Source: Octopus vulgaris
Taxonomy: Eukaryota
NCBI GenBank assembly: GCA_951406725.2
Contig: OX597820.1
Location: 67,642,001 to 67,706,000, forward strand
Reading direction: 5' to 3'
Length of the DNA stretch: 64,000 nt
The position numbers were made by a program, and so were the translations under genes. Positions 28,541-41,864 of this stretch are shown one piece after another (positions within the stretch are counted from its first letter, which is position 1; each line of letters begins with the position of its first letter). The notes beneath the pieces are model-generated. The model saw nothing but the letters and a program-made list of their open reading frames with translations. It ran no database searches and was not told where the DNA came from.

Positions 28541-30321
28541 TCCAGCTACTTTTTCAAAGGATGGAAATTATCTGGAACGTAATTCAATCGAACTGATTCC
28601 ATCTTAGACGAGAACTAACTCGCGGAATTGATTCGCCAAAAGTTTGCTACTTGTTAAACAGAATATACCTTTATTTTAACATTATATTTATATCTATTGG
28701 GTTTTCAAGATATAAGTACGTTAATTAGGGCCACAGTGAAAAAAAATGGATTGTGAACTACCAACCCTTCAGAAAACTAGTTTTGTATGTTGTCCACAGA
28801 GCTGGTTACTATCTCGCAAATGAATTTTGTAGAAGGGAAATGTAATCTTATAGAAGCTGAAATATTTATAAATACCAGAAAAGAAGTAATTGGTAATTTC
28901 ATTTTAAAATTTGACATTTTAAGTTTAACACAAATTTACAAAATTGAAATAGGAGATAGTTGGTTCAATCTTTACTAACACCAGGACAAGGTATCTCTGG
29001 GTGACCACTGTTTCAAATAATGGGAGGACAAAGCTGAAAACGGAAAGGCATTTAATCTGGCATTACACCGTTTCTGGCACTTCCTCTCCTTGAAATCTTA
29101 AATATTTAACAATGGCTAAACATTACAAGCAAACGATAACATTCGCCGATAATTGTTCATGGCCTACTACCCCACGGTGCCAATTTACAATCAGATAACT
29201 CGTGCCAGCTAGAGTTAAGTATCTTGGTCATAGTACACAGTAAGACAAGTTCAGAAGATAGGTTACGAATCGGCAAGTTTTCTTCGGCTGTGAGTCAGCC
29301 GGCCTGCAGTCTTTGTCCACTCATCCAGCTGCGAGTCCCTAGGATTAGTTGCGGGAGGGTTTCATTAAGCACATATATCCTATATTTAAGACAAACCCAG
29401 GTCATTAGGGCAATAAAAGCTCAACAACTGCAACAACAGTAACTAATTATCTCTCCCTGCCAATGATTACAATGGTAATGATGACGGTGATTATTTCAAC
29501 ACTTCAGTTCTTTTCACTGCTGGCCCTTACTGACAATTTCTCCACCAATGCACACTCACACATACACACATACACAAACACACGCACACACACACATACG
29601 CACACATTCACACACTCAAACGCAGATTTACACATAATTCCGCACCTCTTCATGCCCGCTAATATCACGTTTTTCTTATATTTTTTTATATTCTGTTGTT
29701 TGTTGTTTGATTGTTTTCTTTTGTTGTTTCTGCTTTTTTCTTCTTCCCTCCCTCAAAAGTGGGGAGGCAGACTCCAACGATCACCATCATAGTTTGGGTA
29801 GTTTGAACGTCAACAAGAGCGGCGCTGCCGTCACGGGCAACAAAACAAAGTCTACGGGCTACAGTCGATGAGCTGAACAGACTGGGTGGAGCAACCAGAT
29901 ATATTTGAATGAACTCAAGTATGCCATCGGGCCCAAATAGTCCTCTTTTGCATCTGATGGGCTTCCAATAATAACAATAACAACAATAATAACAATATAT
30001 AAAAAAAGAAAAAAGAGGAAAAATAAATTAACAAATAGAAAGAAAGAAAAAGTATAGAAAAAACCCCAAAATAAACTAGAAATTACCATGAACCACAAAG
30101 AAAACAAAAAAGAAAAAGAGAGCTGTGACTATGTCTAATGCTAGTAGAAAACGGTTGGGAGCGCACCATTGTCTGTGTAAGTAAGGAGAGAAGGCGATTT
30201 AGATAAAAATTGAGAGAGAAAGGGAACAAAAACTATAAAAGAAAGAGGCATAGAGACGTTGAGGGTGACGGATACATACATAGATACATACACACACTTA
30301 CACACTCACACACACACACAT

Positions 30322-30352
<31 letters not shown>

Positions 30353-30517
30353 CATGCATGTATATACAGATTATCTACATATATGTGTGTATGGGTGTGT
30401 GTCTACACGCACATACACACACGCACACCATATTTCCTACATATGCTTGTATGAACAAAAGGGGCAAAAATGCAATAGAGCATATTAATTCAGTATATAT
30501 ATATATGTATATATGTA

Positions 30518-30564
<47 letters not shown>

Positions 30565-30609
30565 TCGTATATATGTACATACCTACATCTATCTATCTAT
30601 CTATCTATA

Positions 30610-30740
<131 letters not shown>

Positions 30741-30934
30741 TTATCTTTCTTTCTATCTACCTACCTATACACATGTTCACCTTCATTTAACATCAGTTTT
30801 CCATACTGGCATGAATCGGACGTGGACGGTTCGGCAGGTGCTGATGAGCCAGAGGACTGTCTCCAGTTCCAATGTCTGCTTCGGCATAGTATCTACGGCT
30901 AGATACGTTTCCTAACGCCTATACAAACACACAC

Positions 30935-31005
<71 letters not shown>

Positions 31006-31030
31006 CATACATATATACATACACAGAAGC

Positions 31031-31067
<37 letters not shown>

Positions 31068-31092
31068 CATACATATATACATACACAGAAGC

Positions 31093-31152
<60 letters not shown>

Positions 31153-31537
31153 ATATTTATCTCTTTATATATATATATATCTATATCTAACTATATATAT
31201 ACATATGCATAGGAGAGAGAGAGAGGGGGGAAGGATGGAGAAAGAGAGAGAAAAAGAGGGAAAGGGAGAGAGCGCGATAGTAAGAAAGTGAGAGAGAGAG
31301 AAACGTGCAGAATGCTGGAGAAGAAGAGGAAGAAAGAGAGACAGAATGATTATCTGTGGAATATATCGCATCCTATGTAGTTACGATGTCAACTTAAGAT
31401 ATGCTAGGGTGGGTTGACTATTTTTACCTGATGAGATCCAATGTGTTTAAACATGCTTCCAGAATTGTTACCTACTGCAAAAATAATCAAACACATTCCA
31501 GATTGCACTTATTATTGCATAATATTGATAAATTATA

Positions 31538-31752
31538 TGGCGCCAAGCTGGCAGAATCTTTAGTCGCTGGGCAAAATGCTTAACGGCATTTCGTCCGTCT
31601 TTACTTCCTGATTTCAAATTCCAAGGAGGTCGACTTTACTTTACATCCTTTAGGGGTCGATAAAATAAGTACTAGTCGATTATTGGGGACGATGTAATCG
31701 ACATATCTCCTGCCCCCGAAATTGCTGGCTTGTTACCAATAATTGAAATCAT
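31538..31752 (+). mobile_element. Family B SINE
   Basis: ggcgccaagctggcagaatc...catcctttaggggtcgataaaataagtac... Confidence 0.85.
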
Positions 31753-31850
31753 AGTATTAATAAATTATATTTGGTGTTGTCTCGTATGGTTCATTGTTTT
31801 ACGAAATCCAAATTAATCGTTTAAAATATGATTGTTTTCATCTCTTAGCG

Positions 31851-32138
31851 CAGTGCTTCTCAAACTATGTGATGTAGCGTACCGACAGTTATTTTTTTCC
31901 TAAGTGCCAGGGACCAGTAATATTTCTTTATATTATTAATTTATACCGGAAACAGTATATATAATGAATATAATAAAAGTTGACAATTTTTTTTTATCTT
32001 ATATTTATTTTGTAAACAAATAATACAATATTACATAAGCATTTTATAATGTTTCTTTTCTGGAAACTAGCCGCGTACCAGCAGCTGATGGCTCGTGGAC
32101 CGGTGCAGGTCCGCGAAACCCCTCTTTGTGTAGCACTG
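31851..32138. mobile_element. hAT (Charlie-like) MITE
   Basis: TIRs cagtgcttctcaaa / tttgtgtagcactg; imperfect 8-bp TSD tcttagcg / tcttacgg. Confidence 0.8.
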
Positions 32139-32339
32139 TCTTACGGTGTATTTTCAATTCAATGAAATTCCTTCGTTTACCACATTACGTTAGGGTTCAC
32201 TTACTGTTACGTTTTCTTGCAGCAGGCTTCCTTGAGTATTTTTCTCAGTTCTATGAATCTCAACGTTGTATGCATAAATTTTAAGTGAAACTTTACTCTA
32301 TAACTGTGTCCTATAAGTAAAACACCATTTAACATTCTG

Positions 32340-32775
32340 TCTTAGGCACGAAGGCCATATTTTGGTTCAAAGGTATGGACGATTACTCCGGTCCCAGTAC
32401 TGGGAACCCTGGGCATCACTGTCTTGAGTACTAAGAGCCATTAGACCGGTTACCCAGTTTTCATGGCGTATATGTGACCGAGATTACAAAACATATTCCT
32501 TCAATGGGTCGCGAGTCCGTCACAGGGTTTCTGAGCAGACTGGAGCAGCGTGGAATAAAATGTTTTGCTCAAGAGTACAATAATCCGCCCTGTCCGGGAA
32601 TCGAAACCCTGATCTTGCGATCGATTCTCTAACCACTAGTCCACCTGCATCACTCCAGTATTAGACTAGGACTTTATTGAAGTTTGTAAGGATGAAAGGC
32701 GAAGTTGACTTCGGCAGAATTTGAACTCAGAACATACTAAAATATTTTATTTTGTTCGTCGCCCTACCATTCCTG
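32340..32775 (-). mobile_element. Old family B SINE interrupted by a family C SINE (~32405-32655)
   Basis: Family B halves flank a C-type head and core (gggaatcgaaaccctg...ctaaccact). Confidence 0.7.
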
Positions 32776-32800
32776 TCACATTAAAATGACCAATGCTTAA

Positions 32801-33196
32801 GGCGGCGAGCTGGCAGAATCGTTAGCACGCCGGACGAAATGCTTAACAGTATTTCGTCTGCCACTACGTTCTGAGTTCAAATTCCGCCGAGGTCGACTTT
32901 GCCTTTCATCCTTTCGGGGTCGATTAAATAAGTACCAGTTACGCACTGGGGTCGATATAATCGACTTAATCCGTTTGTCTGTCCTTGTTTGTCCTCACTG
33001 TGTGTAGCCCCTTGTGGGTAGTAAAGAAATAGGTATTTCGTCTGTCTTTACGTTCTGAGTTCAAATTTCGCCGAGGTCGACTTTGCCTTTCATCTTTTCT
33101 GGGTCGATAAATTAAGAACTAGTTGCATACTGGGGTCAATTTAATCGACCGGCCCCCTCCCACAAAATTTCGGGCCTTTTGCCTAGAGTAGAAAGG
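32801..33196 (+). mobile_element. Family B SINE, dimeric, with ~20-bp TSD
   Basis: TSD attaaaatgac(c/t)aatgctta at 32780-32799 and 33197-33216. Confidence 0.93.
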
Positions 33197-33539
33197 ATTA
33201 AAATGACTAATGCTTATATATTCTGTTACGTCAAGTCACATTTGCTTGTTCCTTCTCGAGCCATACCTGGCACATAAGGGCCGGTTTCCCGGTTTCCTTG
33301 GCGTATAGGTTTCCAATCTGTTCGGGACGCCGGTCCGTCGCAGGTGTGACCAATATTTTTTTGTTTTAAAATTATTTATCATGTCTTTAATGTAGGGGAA
33401 ATGTTTATTTATAAACTATGATGGTTACATTGAAATGAACGTTTAAACTACATGGTGGATTATACTCAATTATATTTAGTTTGCTATTTTTACGTCTATA
33501 AATATTGATACTGTGGTGTATGCAATGCATTATATCTTT

Positions 33540-33757
33540 CAACCCAATACATCGTTGAAATAGCGAGCAGTATAGTTAAAGGATTTCACGTGAGAGGATA
33601 TGCTGGATATGTGCTAGCTGATATTATTTTGTAAGTTTAATTTAAAGATTGCTAGTTAGGTTCACCATGAGGCTGGTATCTATCGCTGTCTAAATCTAGG
33701 GTGATGTCTAAGAAATTTCTGTGCTTATGTTTGGATCTCCTGTGACCTTTGAGCCTA
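33540..33757 (-). mobile_element. Penelope-like reverse transcriptase remnant
   Basis: With frameshifts: LKVTGDPNIST-NFLDITLDLDSDRYQPHGEPN...NNIS*HISSISS...F...ARYFNDVL, the PLE NFLD(V/I)TLDL...Y.P..KPN region. Confidence 0.75.
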
Positions 33758-33952
33758 AAATATGTGTGTGTATGTGCGAGAGAGAAAGAGTGAGAGAGAA
33801 AGAGAGAGAGCGAGAGGGAGAGAGAGAAAGAGCGAGAGAGAAAGAAAAAGAGAGCTAGAGAAAGAGAGCGAGTGAGTGTGTATATATACATTCATATACC
33901 TACATATACATACGTATACACGCATACACACATATACATATACACGCATGCT

Positions 33953-34010
<58 letters not shown>

Positions 34011-34312
34011 GACATGAAAATATATGGATGGATCCCCGTCGTTTAATAAAGAAGATAAAATTGTCCGATTAACATTCTGTTACTTGCTCCTGAATTTATG
34101 CGTAAGAATTCCCCCATCGTCTATGCTCACCTGTGTTCTCATGTTGGATTAACGCGATACTAGTATAATCCACCCAACAGGCTTCGAAGCTATAGAAAAT
34201 GACACCAAATCAAATTACCATGCAGTGGGATCGAATCTGGGATCATGAGGTTGTGAAGAGAACTTTTAACCACTCGGACATACTGCACACATACACACGC
34301 AAACATATACAC

Positions 34313-34372
<60 letters not shown>

Positions 34373-34519
34373 ACACACACACACACATACACACACACAC
34401 GTATAGGCACATATAAAGATATAAGCTCGTCTATGTGAATATGTTGGCACGTGAATGTGAATAGGTTCGTGTGCATCGATTATAGACAAGCAAAAATTGC
34501 ATTAAAGCTAAAAGGCTGT

Positions 34520-35000
34520 ACCGGCCCACCGTCACCACTAGCAGCGCCACCACCGTCACCACGACCACGAGGGCGACCATCAACACCACCATCACCACCA
34601 CCACTACAACCACCGTCACCACCTCCACCAAAAACAGCAACAAAAACATCATCATCATCCACCTCTCCACTTTCTCTCCTCTTCGCCACCACCACCCTCC
34701 TCCCCCTTGTCATCATCGTCGTCGTCGTCGTCGTCATCGTCGTCGTCGTCGTCGTCATCATCATCATCATCATCATTTTTTGATTCTTATAATAATTACC
34801 GTCATCTTCCTTGTCCTTTTTTCTTTGCTTTCTCATCATCTTCACCATGGTTATTATTATTATTATTATTATGGCCATATTCATGATGATGATATTGATG
34901 ATGATGAGGATGATGATGGTGATGATGATGATGATAATGTTGATAATAATGACCATCATCGTCATATTCATCATCATTATCATCAACGTCATGTTCATCA
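34520..35000. repeat. Mixed trinucleotide low-complexity tract (CAC/CAT/GTC/GAT)
   Basis: Direct inspection. Confidence 0.9.
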
Positions 35001-35404
35001 GTAAAGACATTAAAAAATCCAGCATCGGTTATCAATGGAAGCGAAAAGAGATGATTTATGAAATGTGAAAGGAAGTGGGGGTAGCGGAAGAATTATTAAT
35101 AAACAAATGACAAAAAAACAAAACAAAAACAAACAAACAAAAGATCCCAGAAAAACTGAATAGAACAAAAAGAAAATTACTTATTGTCTCAGATATGTGT
35201 ATTGTATCCTAGAGGAAAGCGAGGTGGGGGAGAGTGAAAAAAAAATTCGTTTTGCAATTATGGTATGGTTTTGTTTATTAACAGCAACCGTGAGCATAAG
35301 CAATGAGCCGTGCACATATGTCCTCAGAAATTCCACACGTTACGCTATGTACATGGTTCCTGTGTCACACACGTTTGCATTGGTCCGTAATAATAATAAT
35401 GATG

Positions 35405-35438
<34 letters not shown>

Positions 35439-35453
35439 TAGCAATAACAATAA

Positions 35454-35531
<78 letters not shown>

Positions 35532-35536
35532 TGATG

Positions 35537-35584
<48 letters not shown>

Positions 35585-36059
35585 TTAACAATGGCAATAA
35601 CAACAACAACAACAATAATGGTAATAGTAAAAATAAAAATAGTAATAGATGGACAACAACAAAACTTAAAGAAATATTATTGGTATTAATACCATTATTA
35701 ATAATGGTGTTAGCAATTACATGCGTTTATGAACTTTTTTTTTATTCTTTTTCATTTTTTTTTCATCACCGTCTTCTTATCCCAGCCCTACCCTTGTTGG
35801 TTTGAAGAAGGTACTGTAGTGTGATTGCCATGGGTCGGAGCGAAGATAATGAGGCAAGAGAAGATCATCAAATTCATAGACAAAATATATATACAGCATC
35901 AAATTTCATAATAATTGCAAACGGAAAACTTCTTAGCTCTTAGGTATTTGAGTGTGTAAGTTTGTGCATAAATGTGTAAGTGTGAGTCTGTTTGCATTTA
36001 TGGGTATGTGTAGGTGTGTTGTGTTTTGTGTTGTGTGTTGTGAGTGTGTGCGTGTGTTA

Positions 36060-36094
<35 letters not shown>

Positions 36095-36261
36095 CTCTGT
36101 GTGTGTGTGTGTGTGGCGGTGTGTTTATTTCCAATGTAGACATTACTCTTGAGTATTACGCACTACGTTCTCAGTTTGAGAGATGAGAGCTTTGCGTATA
36201 ATACATACGCACATACATGCACAGTCACAGATACATACATACATACACATATAGAAGTATG

Positions 36262-36317
<56 letters not shown>

Positions 36318-36487
36318 AATGTACACACACATTTAGATATATGCGTATGTATAAATATACATACATATATATATATATACGTACACACACATATATATAT
36401 ATATACTCATAAACATACATACAAACACGCATACAGCTATACATACATATACGTATGTACATATGTACATATATATACATATTGACA

Positions 36488-36522
<35 letters not shown>

Positions 36523-36618
36523 GTATATACATATATATATATATATACATATAAACATACATACAAACATGCATACATATATACAAACATACATACATAT
36601 ATACATATATACATGCAT

Positions 36619-36668
<50 letters not shown>

Positions 36669-37172
36669 ACACACAAATATATATATATCAGCATGTGTGT
36701 GTTTGCACATATCTGGATGTTATGTATTTATTAACGCTTGAATGTGAAAATACTTAAATACTTATATATATGTATAGTTTTGCCTGTCAGCAATCGGAAA
36801 ATTTGGAAAATGAAGCTGTTGTTAAAATATGCATTATTAAATGTTTTCTTCCATTTCATTGACCCTTCAACTAAGATGTTTGCCCACACAACTTACGAGA
36901 TCGACTCAATGCAATATTGGATCAGCAAAAGGATTCTGCGACTGTAGGGAAAACGCAAACAAACGATATTGTTCCCATATGATGGAAAATTGATTGCACT
37001 ATGTATTTGCATGTGTGTATGGGTGCGTACATAAGTGTGTGTGTGTGTGTGTGTGTGAGACTGTGTAGGTGTGTATTTGTGCATTTGTGAATATACATTG
37101 AAATACATGTAAGTTAAACTCTGTATGTATGAATACGTACATGTATACATGCATAAATGTATACTCATTATG

Positions 37173-37209
<37 letters not shown>

Positions 37210-37352
37210 GTATATATACAAATGTACATACACATTTAGGTATATGCGTATGTATACATATACATATATGTATACGTACACACACATACACACACACATA
37301 TACACTCATAAACATACATACAAACACGCATACAGCTATATACATATATATA

Positions 37353-37399
<47 letters not shown>

Positions 37400-37402
37400 A
37401 CA

Positions 37403-37816
37403 GGCGCAGGAGTGGCTGTGTGGAAAGTAGCTTGCTAACCAACCACATGGTTCCGGGTTCAGTCCCACTGCGTGGCATCTTGGGCAAGTGTCTTCTGCTA
37501 TAGCCCCGGGCCGACCAAAGCCTTGTGAGTGGATTTGGTAGACGGAAACTGAAAGAAGCCTGTCGTATATATGTATATATATATATATATGTATGTTTGT
37601 GTGTCTGTGTTTGTCCCTGTAGCATTGATTGACAACCGGTGTTGGTGTGTTTACGTCCCCGTCACTTAGCGGTTCGGCAAAAGAGACCGATAGAATAAGT
37701 ACTGGGCTTACAAAGAATAAGTCCCGGTGTCGATTTGCTCGACCAAAGGCGGTGCTCCAGCATGACCGCATTCAAATGACTGAAACAAGTAAAAGAGTAA
37801 AAGAGAGAGTAAAGAG
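37403..37816 (+). mobile_element. Family A SINE, full length and well preserved
   Basis: Complete head-CORE-(TA)n-tail structure. Confidence 0.93.
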
Positions 37817-37874
37817 TATATATATGTATATATATATATGTATGTATATATATATGTACATATATATATATATA

Positions 37875-37907
<33 letters not shown>

Positions 37908-38208
37908 TATGTATACAAACATATATATATTCATGCATATATATATATGTGTATGTATGGATATATATATGGACATGTACAGATATATATATGTATAGAA
38001 CACGGAAATACGAATGAAACATGTAAGGGCGTGTCTGTATGTGTGCATGCATGTGTGTGTATGTATGCGTGCGCGCGGGCGTGTGTTAGTGTTTGCGAGT
38101 GTGTGTATTGTGCTTGTGTTTCTAGTATGCAATTAGAGACACGCACGACTGCATATACCGATGCACACATTTAAATACACATCAACAAAGGACGAAGCTG
38201 TATGTCTG

Positions 38209-38289
<81 letters not shown>

Positions 38290-38480
38290 ATTTAGTGAAG
38301 GGAAGAAATGGAGCCGAACGAAGATTCTACAAAATTCCTTTTTATTATTTTCTACACATGTTTCAAAGGCTAAAGCACGGGGCGAAACCCCATGGTCGTA
38401 ACCTCAACCGTGTCTTTTCTGGTGTGATTTTGCTACACAGGTATCGGTTAAATTTTGAATAATCCGTAACAAGATAATTC
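38290..38480 (-). mobile_element. Penelope-like terminal remnant with a decayed hammerhead-like motif
   Basis: Minus strand: ccagaaaag-acacgg...ccgtgc...GAAA-CAUGU-GUA, then aataataaaa; flanked by microsatellites. Confidence 0.4.
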
Positions 38481-38498
38481 ATTTATCCATTTCATTAA

Positions 38499-38530
<32 letters not shown>

Positions 38531-38587
38531 CTAACTATCTATCTATTTATCTATCTATCTATGAATCTATATATCTACCTTTCTATC

Positions 38588-38651
<64 letters not shown>

Positions 38652-38896
38652 TTTAGTGTTGAATATGCATGTGTTTATATGTTGACGTACATATGCCATT
38701 CTAGTATTCATAGATAAATGGATATCAATGAATAATTCTTGAAATATGCATTTTAAAAAATCCCTATTAAAGTGGTTTATGTGAATTTGCATTTACAAGT
38801 AAATATGTAGGCATATATATAACTAAACTCTTCATGTGTGTATGCGAGCGTGTGTGTGTGCATGTTCGGGCATGAGAGTATATATTTGTATATATT

Positions 38897-38948
<52 letters not shown>

Positions 38949-38951
<3 letters not shown>

Positions 38952-39065
38952 CGAACGGGAACGTGAAACTCTGAGTAACAGCTTTTGTTATATTTCTGTT
39001 GCTTTTAAATAAAGCATATTATTCTACTCTTTTCCCGCCTTGTTTCACATTTATGTGCTTACTCC

Positions 39066-39068
<3 letters not shown>
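38949..39068 (+). mobile_element. 5'-truncated Penelope-like terminal repeat beginning in a minimal hammerhead core
   Basis: UGACGA-ACG(GGAA)CGU-GAAA-CUCUGA-GUA at 38949-38977, a downstream AATAAA, and (TA)n on both sides. Confidence 0.65.
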
Positions 39069-39122
<54 letters not shown>

Positions 39123-39127
<5 letters not shown>

Positions 39128-39301
39128 AATACAGTGTACATTTAAATACATAAGAGGTATCCATCATAGGCTACCTGGCACGCTAGAAGGAATAGCCAAA
39201 ATCCACACACACACACACCCCACATATTTGGCTATTCCTTTTAGTGTGCCAGGTATCCTATGATGGATACCTATGTGTTTAAATGTACACTGTATTTATA
39301 T
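39123..39301. repeat. Long inverted repeat with ~75-bp arms and a CA-rich loop
   Basis: 39123-39200 versus 39227-39301: five substitutions and a 3-nt indel. Confidence 0.95.
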
Positions 39302-39456
39302 GAATAATATTTAGTCTATTGACTAACTTTTCTACACGTTAGGCCACTGGTGGTGAAAATTTCTAAAATTTTTATTTATTAATCATATACATATATATAT
39401 ATATTTTTATTAATTAATTTTTAGTAATTACACACACACCCAGACACACACATAAA

Positions 39457-39504
<48 letters not shown>

Positions 39505-39512
39505 GTATATAT

Positions 39513-39902
39513 ATTCTTTATTTTCTTTTACTTGTTTCAGTCATTTGACTGCGGCTATGCTGGAGTGCCGCCCTTAGTCGAACAAATCGACCCCAGGACT
39601 AAATATTTGTAAGCCTAGTACTTATTCTAGCGGTCTCTTTTGCCGAACCAAGTTACGGGGACGTAAACACACCTACATCGGTTGTCAAGCGATGGTGGAG
39701 GGACAAACACAGACACACAAATACATACATACACACACATATATATGTATATATATATATACATGCGTACATATATCGACGGGCACTTTTCAGTTTCCGT
39801 CTACCAAATCCAAGTCTTTGGATGACCGAGGTTACAGTAGAAGACACATACCCAAGGTGCCACGTAGTGGGACTGAACCCAGAACCATGTTTTTGGGAAG
39901 CC
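39513..39902 (-). mobile_element. Family A SINE, 5'-truncated
   Basis: Reverse complement from the tail to the B box. Confidence 0.9.
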
Positions 39903-40130
39903 ACCCCGGCGCCTTACAGACGTTGTTCCATTTAACATTATCCCAAAACAAATAGGATAAAAAGATCCCATCACCTTCAAGCGCTGTCTGGACATAATAC
40001 ATCTCACTCAGTAAAAACTCCCTAGTTAAATAGGCCATGATGACAAAAACTTGACTTAGAAATGACTTAACAGACAGTATTGGGCTATGTACCGCGATAT
40101 GACCTGGGCCACATTTTGGCCGAAATATTT
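39903..40130 (+). mobile_element. CR1-like LINE 3' end remnant
   Basis: FNIIPKQIG*KDPITFKRCLD resembles the CR1 C-terminal (W/F)N.LP...FK..LD motif. Confidence 0.5.
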
Positions 40131-40228
40131 AAGTTTATACACACACATCATTTTGCTGAGTGTATGTATGTATGTATGTATGTATGTATGTATGTATGTA
40201 TGTATGTATGTATGTATGTATGTATGTA

Positions 40229-40290
<62 letters not shown>

Positions 40291-40362
40291 GGCCTCTTGT
40301 AGCTATTCAACTGCAGCATTCGTCCTATATTTCTGGACTGCCATATTAGCTAGGTGAAAACT

Positions 40363-40474
<112 letters not shown>

Positions 40475-40475
40475 C

Positions 40476-40512
<37 letters not shown>

Positions 40513-40544
40513 ATGGCCACAGCTCGTGAGCTGAAACTAGATAA

Positions 40545-40591
<47 letters not shown>

Positions 40592-40606
40592 CTGTGTGTG
40601 TCTGTG

Positions 40607-40651
<45 letters not shown>

Positions 40652-40912
40652 GGAGATGTACTTGCATAGCAAGTGACCTGGTCTAAGTTCGTGTGCTGGA
40701 ATGAAAACAATTGCAGCGTGGACGGCGTTTATAAGCCATTTAAAAACACACACACTATATATAGATAGATAGACAGATAAATAGCTAGATATAAAGCGGA
40801 TAAGACCATTATTTAGCATAACGATCATATCAGGTGGCCTGCATGGAAAAACTGTATAAATAATTATATATATGTATATATGGTATATATATTATATATA
40901 TATATATATATA

Positions 40913-41456
40913 TTGGGTTGTCAGGATAGTTCGTGCCGATTTTTAAAGGAAAGAAAAAGGTCAATAAATACTTCCCATTACATTTTTAATCAACCAAATA
41001 TGAAACATTTCGTTGCACAATGCGCCTCCATTTTTCCTTTAACTTGAAAATACCTTCTTCCCAGAATTGAGGTGGTTTCATGGCAAAGAATTCATCAAGG
41101 TATCTTTTTACGTCATCCAAGAAATTGAAATTTTTATCATTAAGACTATTCTGCAGAGCCCTGAATAAGTGGAAATCCGAAGGAGCAATATCTGATGAAT
41201 ATGGAGGGTGAAATAACACATCCCAGCCGATCTGCAGCAATTTTTGTCAGGTTCCCAAAGCATCAAGTGCCGGAAATGAAGGGTTACAGAATTAACACAG
41301 ATTATAGGATCATAAACCTTCTTCCACGAAAAGATAGCTTAAACTGTGCTCTAAATGGAGGTGTAGTCAAATCCTATTTTATGGACTCAACCATGTTCTA
41401 AAATAAGTCGAAATGTAAGCTGCTATAAATTGGCACAAACTTTCCGGACAACCTAA
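40913..41456 (-). mobile_element. Internally deleted mariner (DD34D) with both TIRs
   Basis: TIRs ttgggttgtc..gttcgtgccgattt / aaattggcacaaactttccggacaacctaa; ORF 40986-41240 contains WDVLFHPPYSSDIAPSDFHLF (YSPDLAPSD motif). Confidence 0.93.
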
Positions 41457-41589
41457 TCTCCCCCCCCCCCCCACCGCTCTGTCTCTCTCTCTATATATAT
41501 ATGAGTGTGTGTGTGGTGTGCGCGCGCGTTTGTGTGTGCGTGTGTGCGTGTTTATGTGCTTGTGTGCACCATGTAACCACATATGAGCT

Positions 41590-41780
41590 TTTCCTGGACC
41601 TTTTCCTTCTTCGGACCCTTTTTTCTCCTCTTTCTGGCGAATAGCTATACTCGAAACGTATAAAAAATATATCCTTTTCCGCCTTTGCTGAGCCTCAACC
41701 TACTTCATTCCATGTGTACGATCTTGTTGCTTTGTTATTTGTTATCCAATATTAAGTTTTGAATGTTCGGTTTGACTATA
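41590..41780 (+). mobile_element. Penelope-like terminal repeat remnant
   Basis: ctggcgaa-tagc-tat-actc-gaaacgt...ctgagcc, the same layout as 6750-6918. Confidence 0.45.
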
Positions 41781-41864
41781 TACATATACATACACATATA
41801 CAATTTTTTCCCAATTCATTTTTTTGTTTTTCTTTTTGTAATATGAAAATTAAATCTGTAATAG

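Noticed and set aside
31419-31462. CUGAUGAG hammerhead-like start
   Set aside because: GAAA is replaced by UAAA and there is no stem I, II or III pairing.
34130-34190. Minus-strand exon candidate (ttttctatAG ... cag|GTGAGC)
   Set aside because: The acceptor derives from a decayed family A SINE and the length shifts frame; no other support.
34451-35805. Gly/Pro/His/Asn-rich ORFs resembling transcription-factor low-complexity regions
   Set aside because: Open in several frames on both strands because of trinucleotide repeats; no domain or coherent exon structure.
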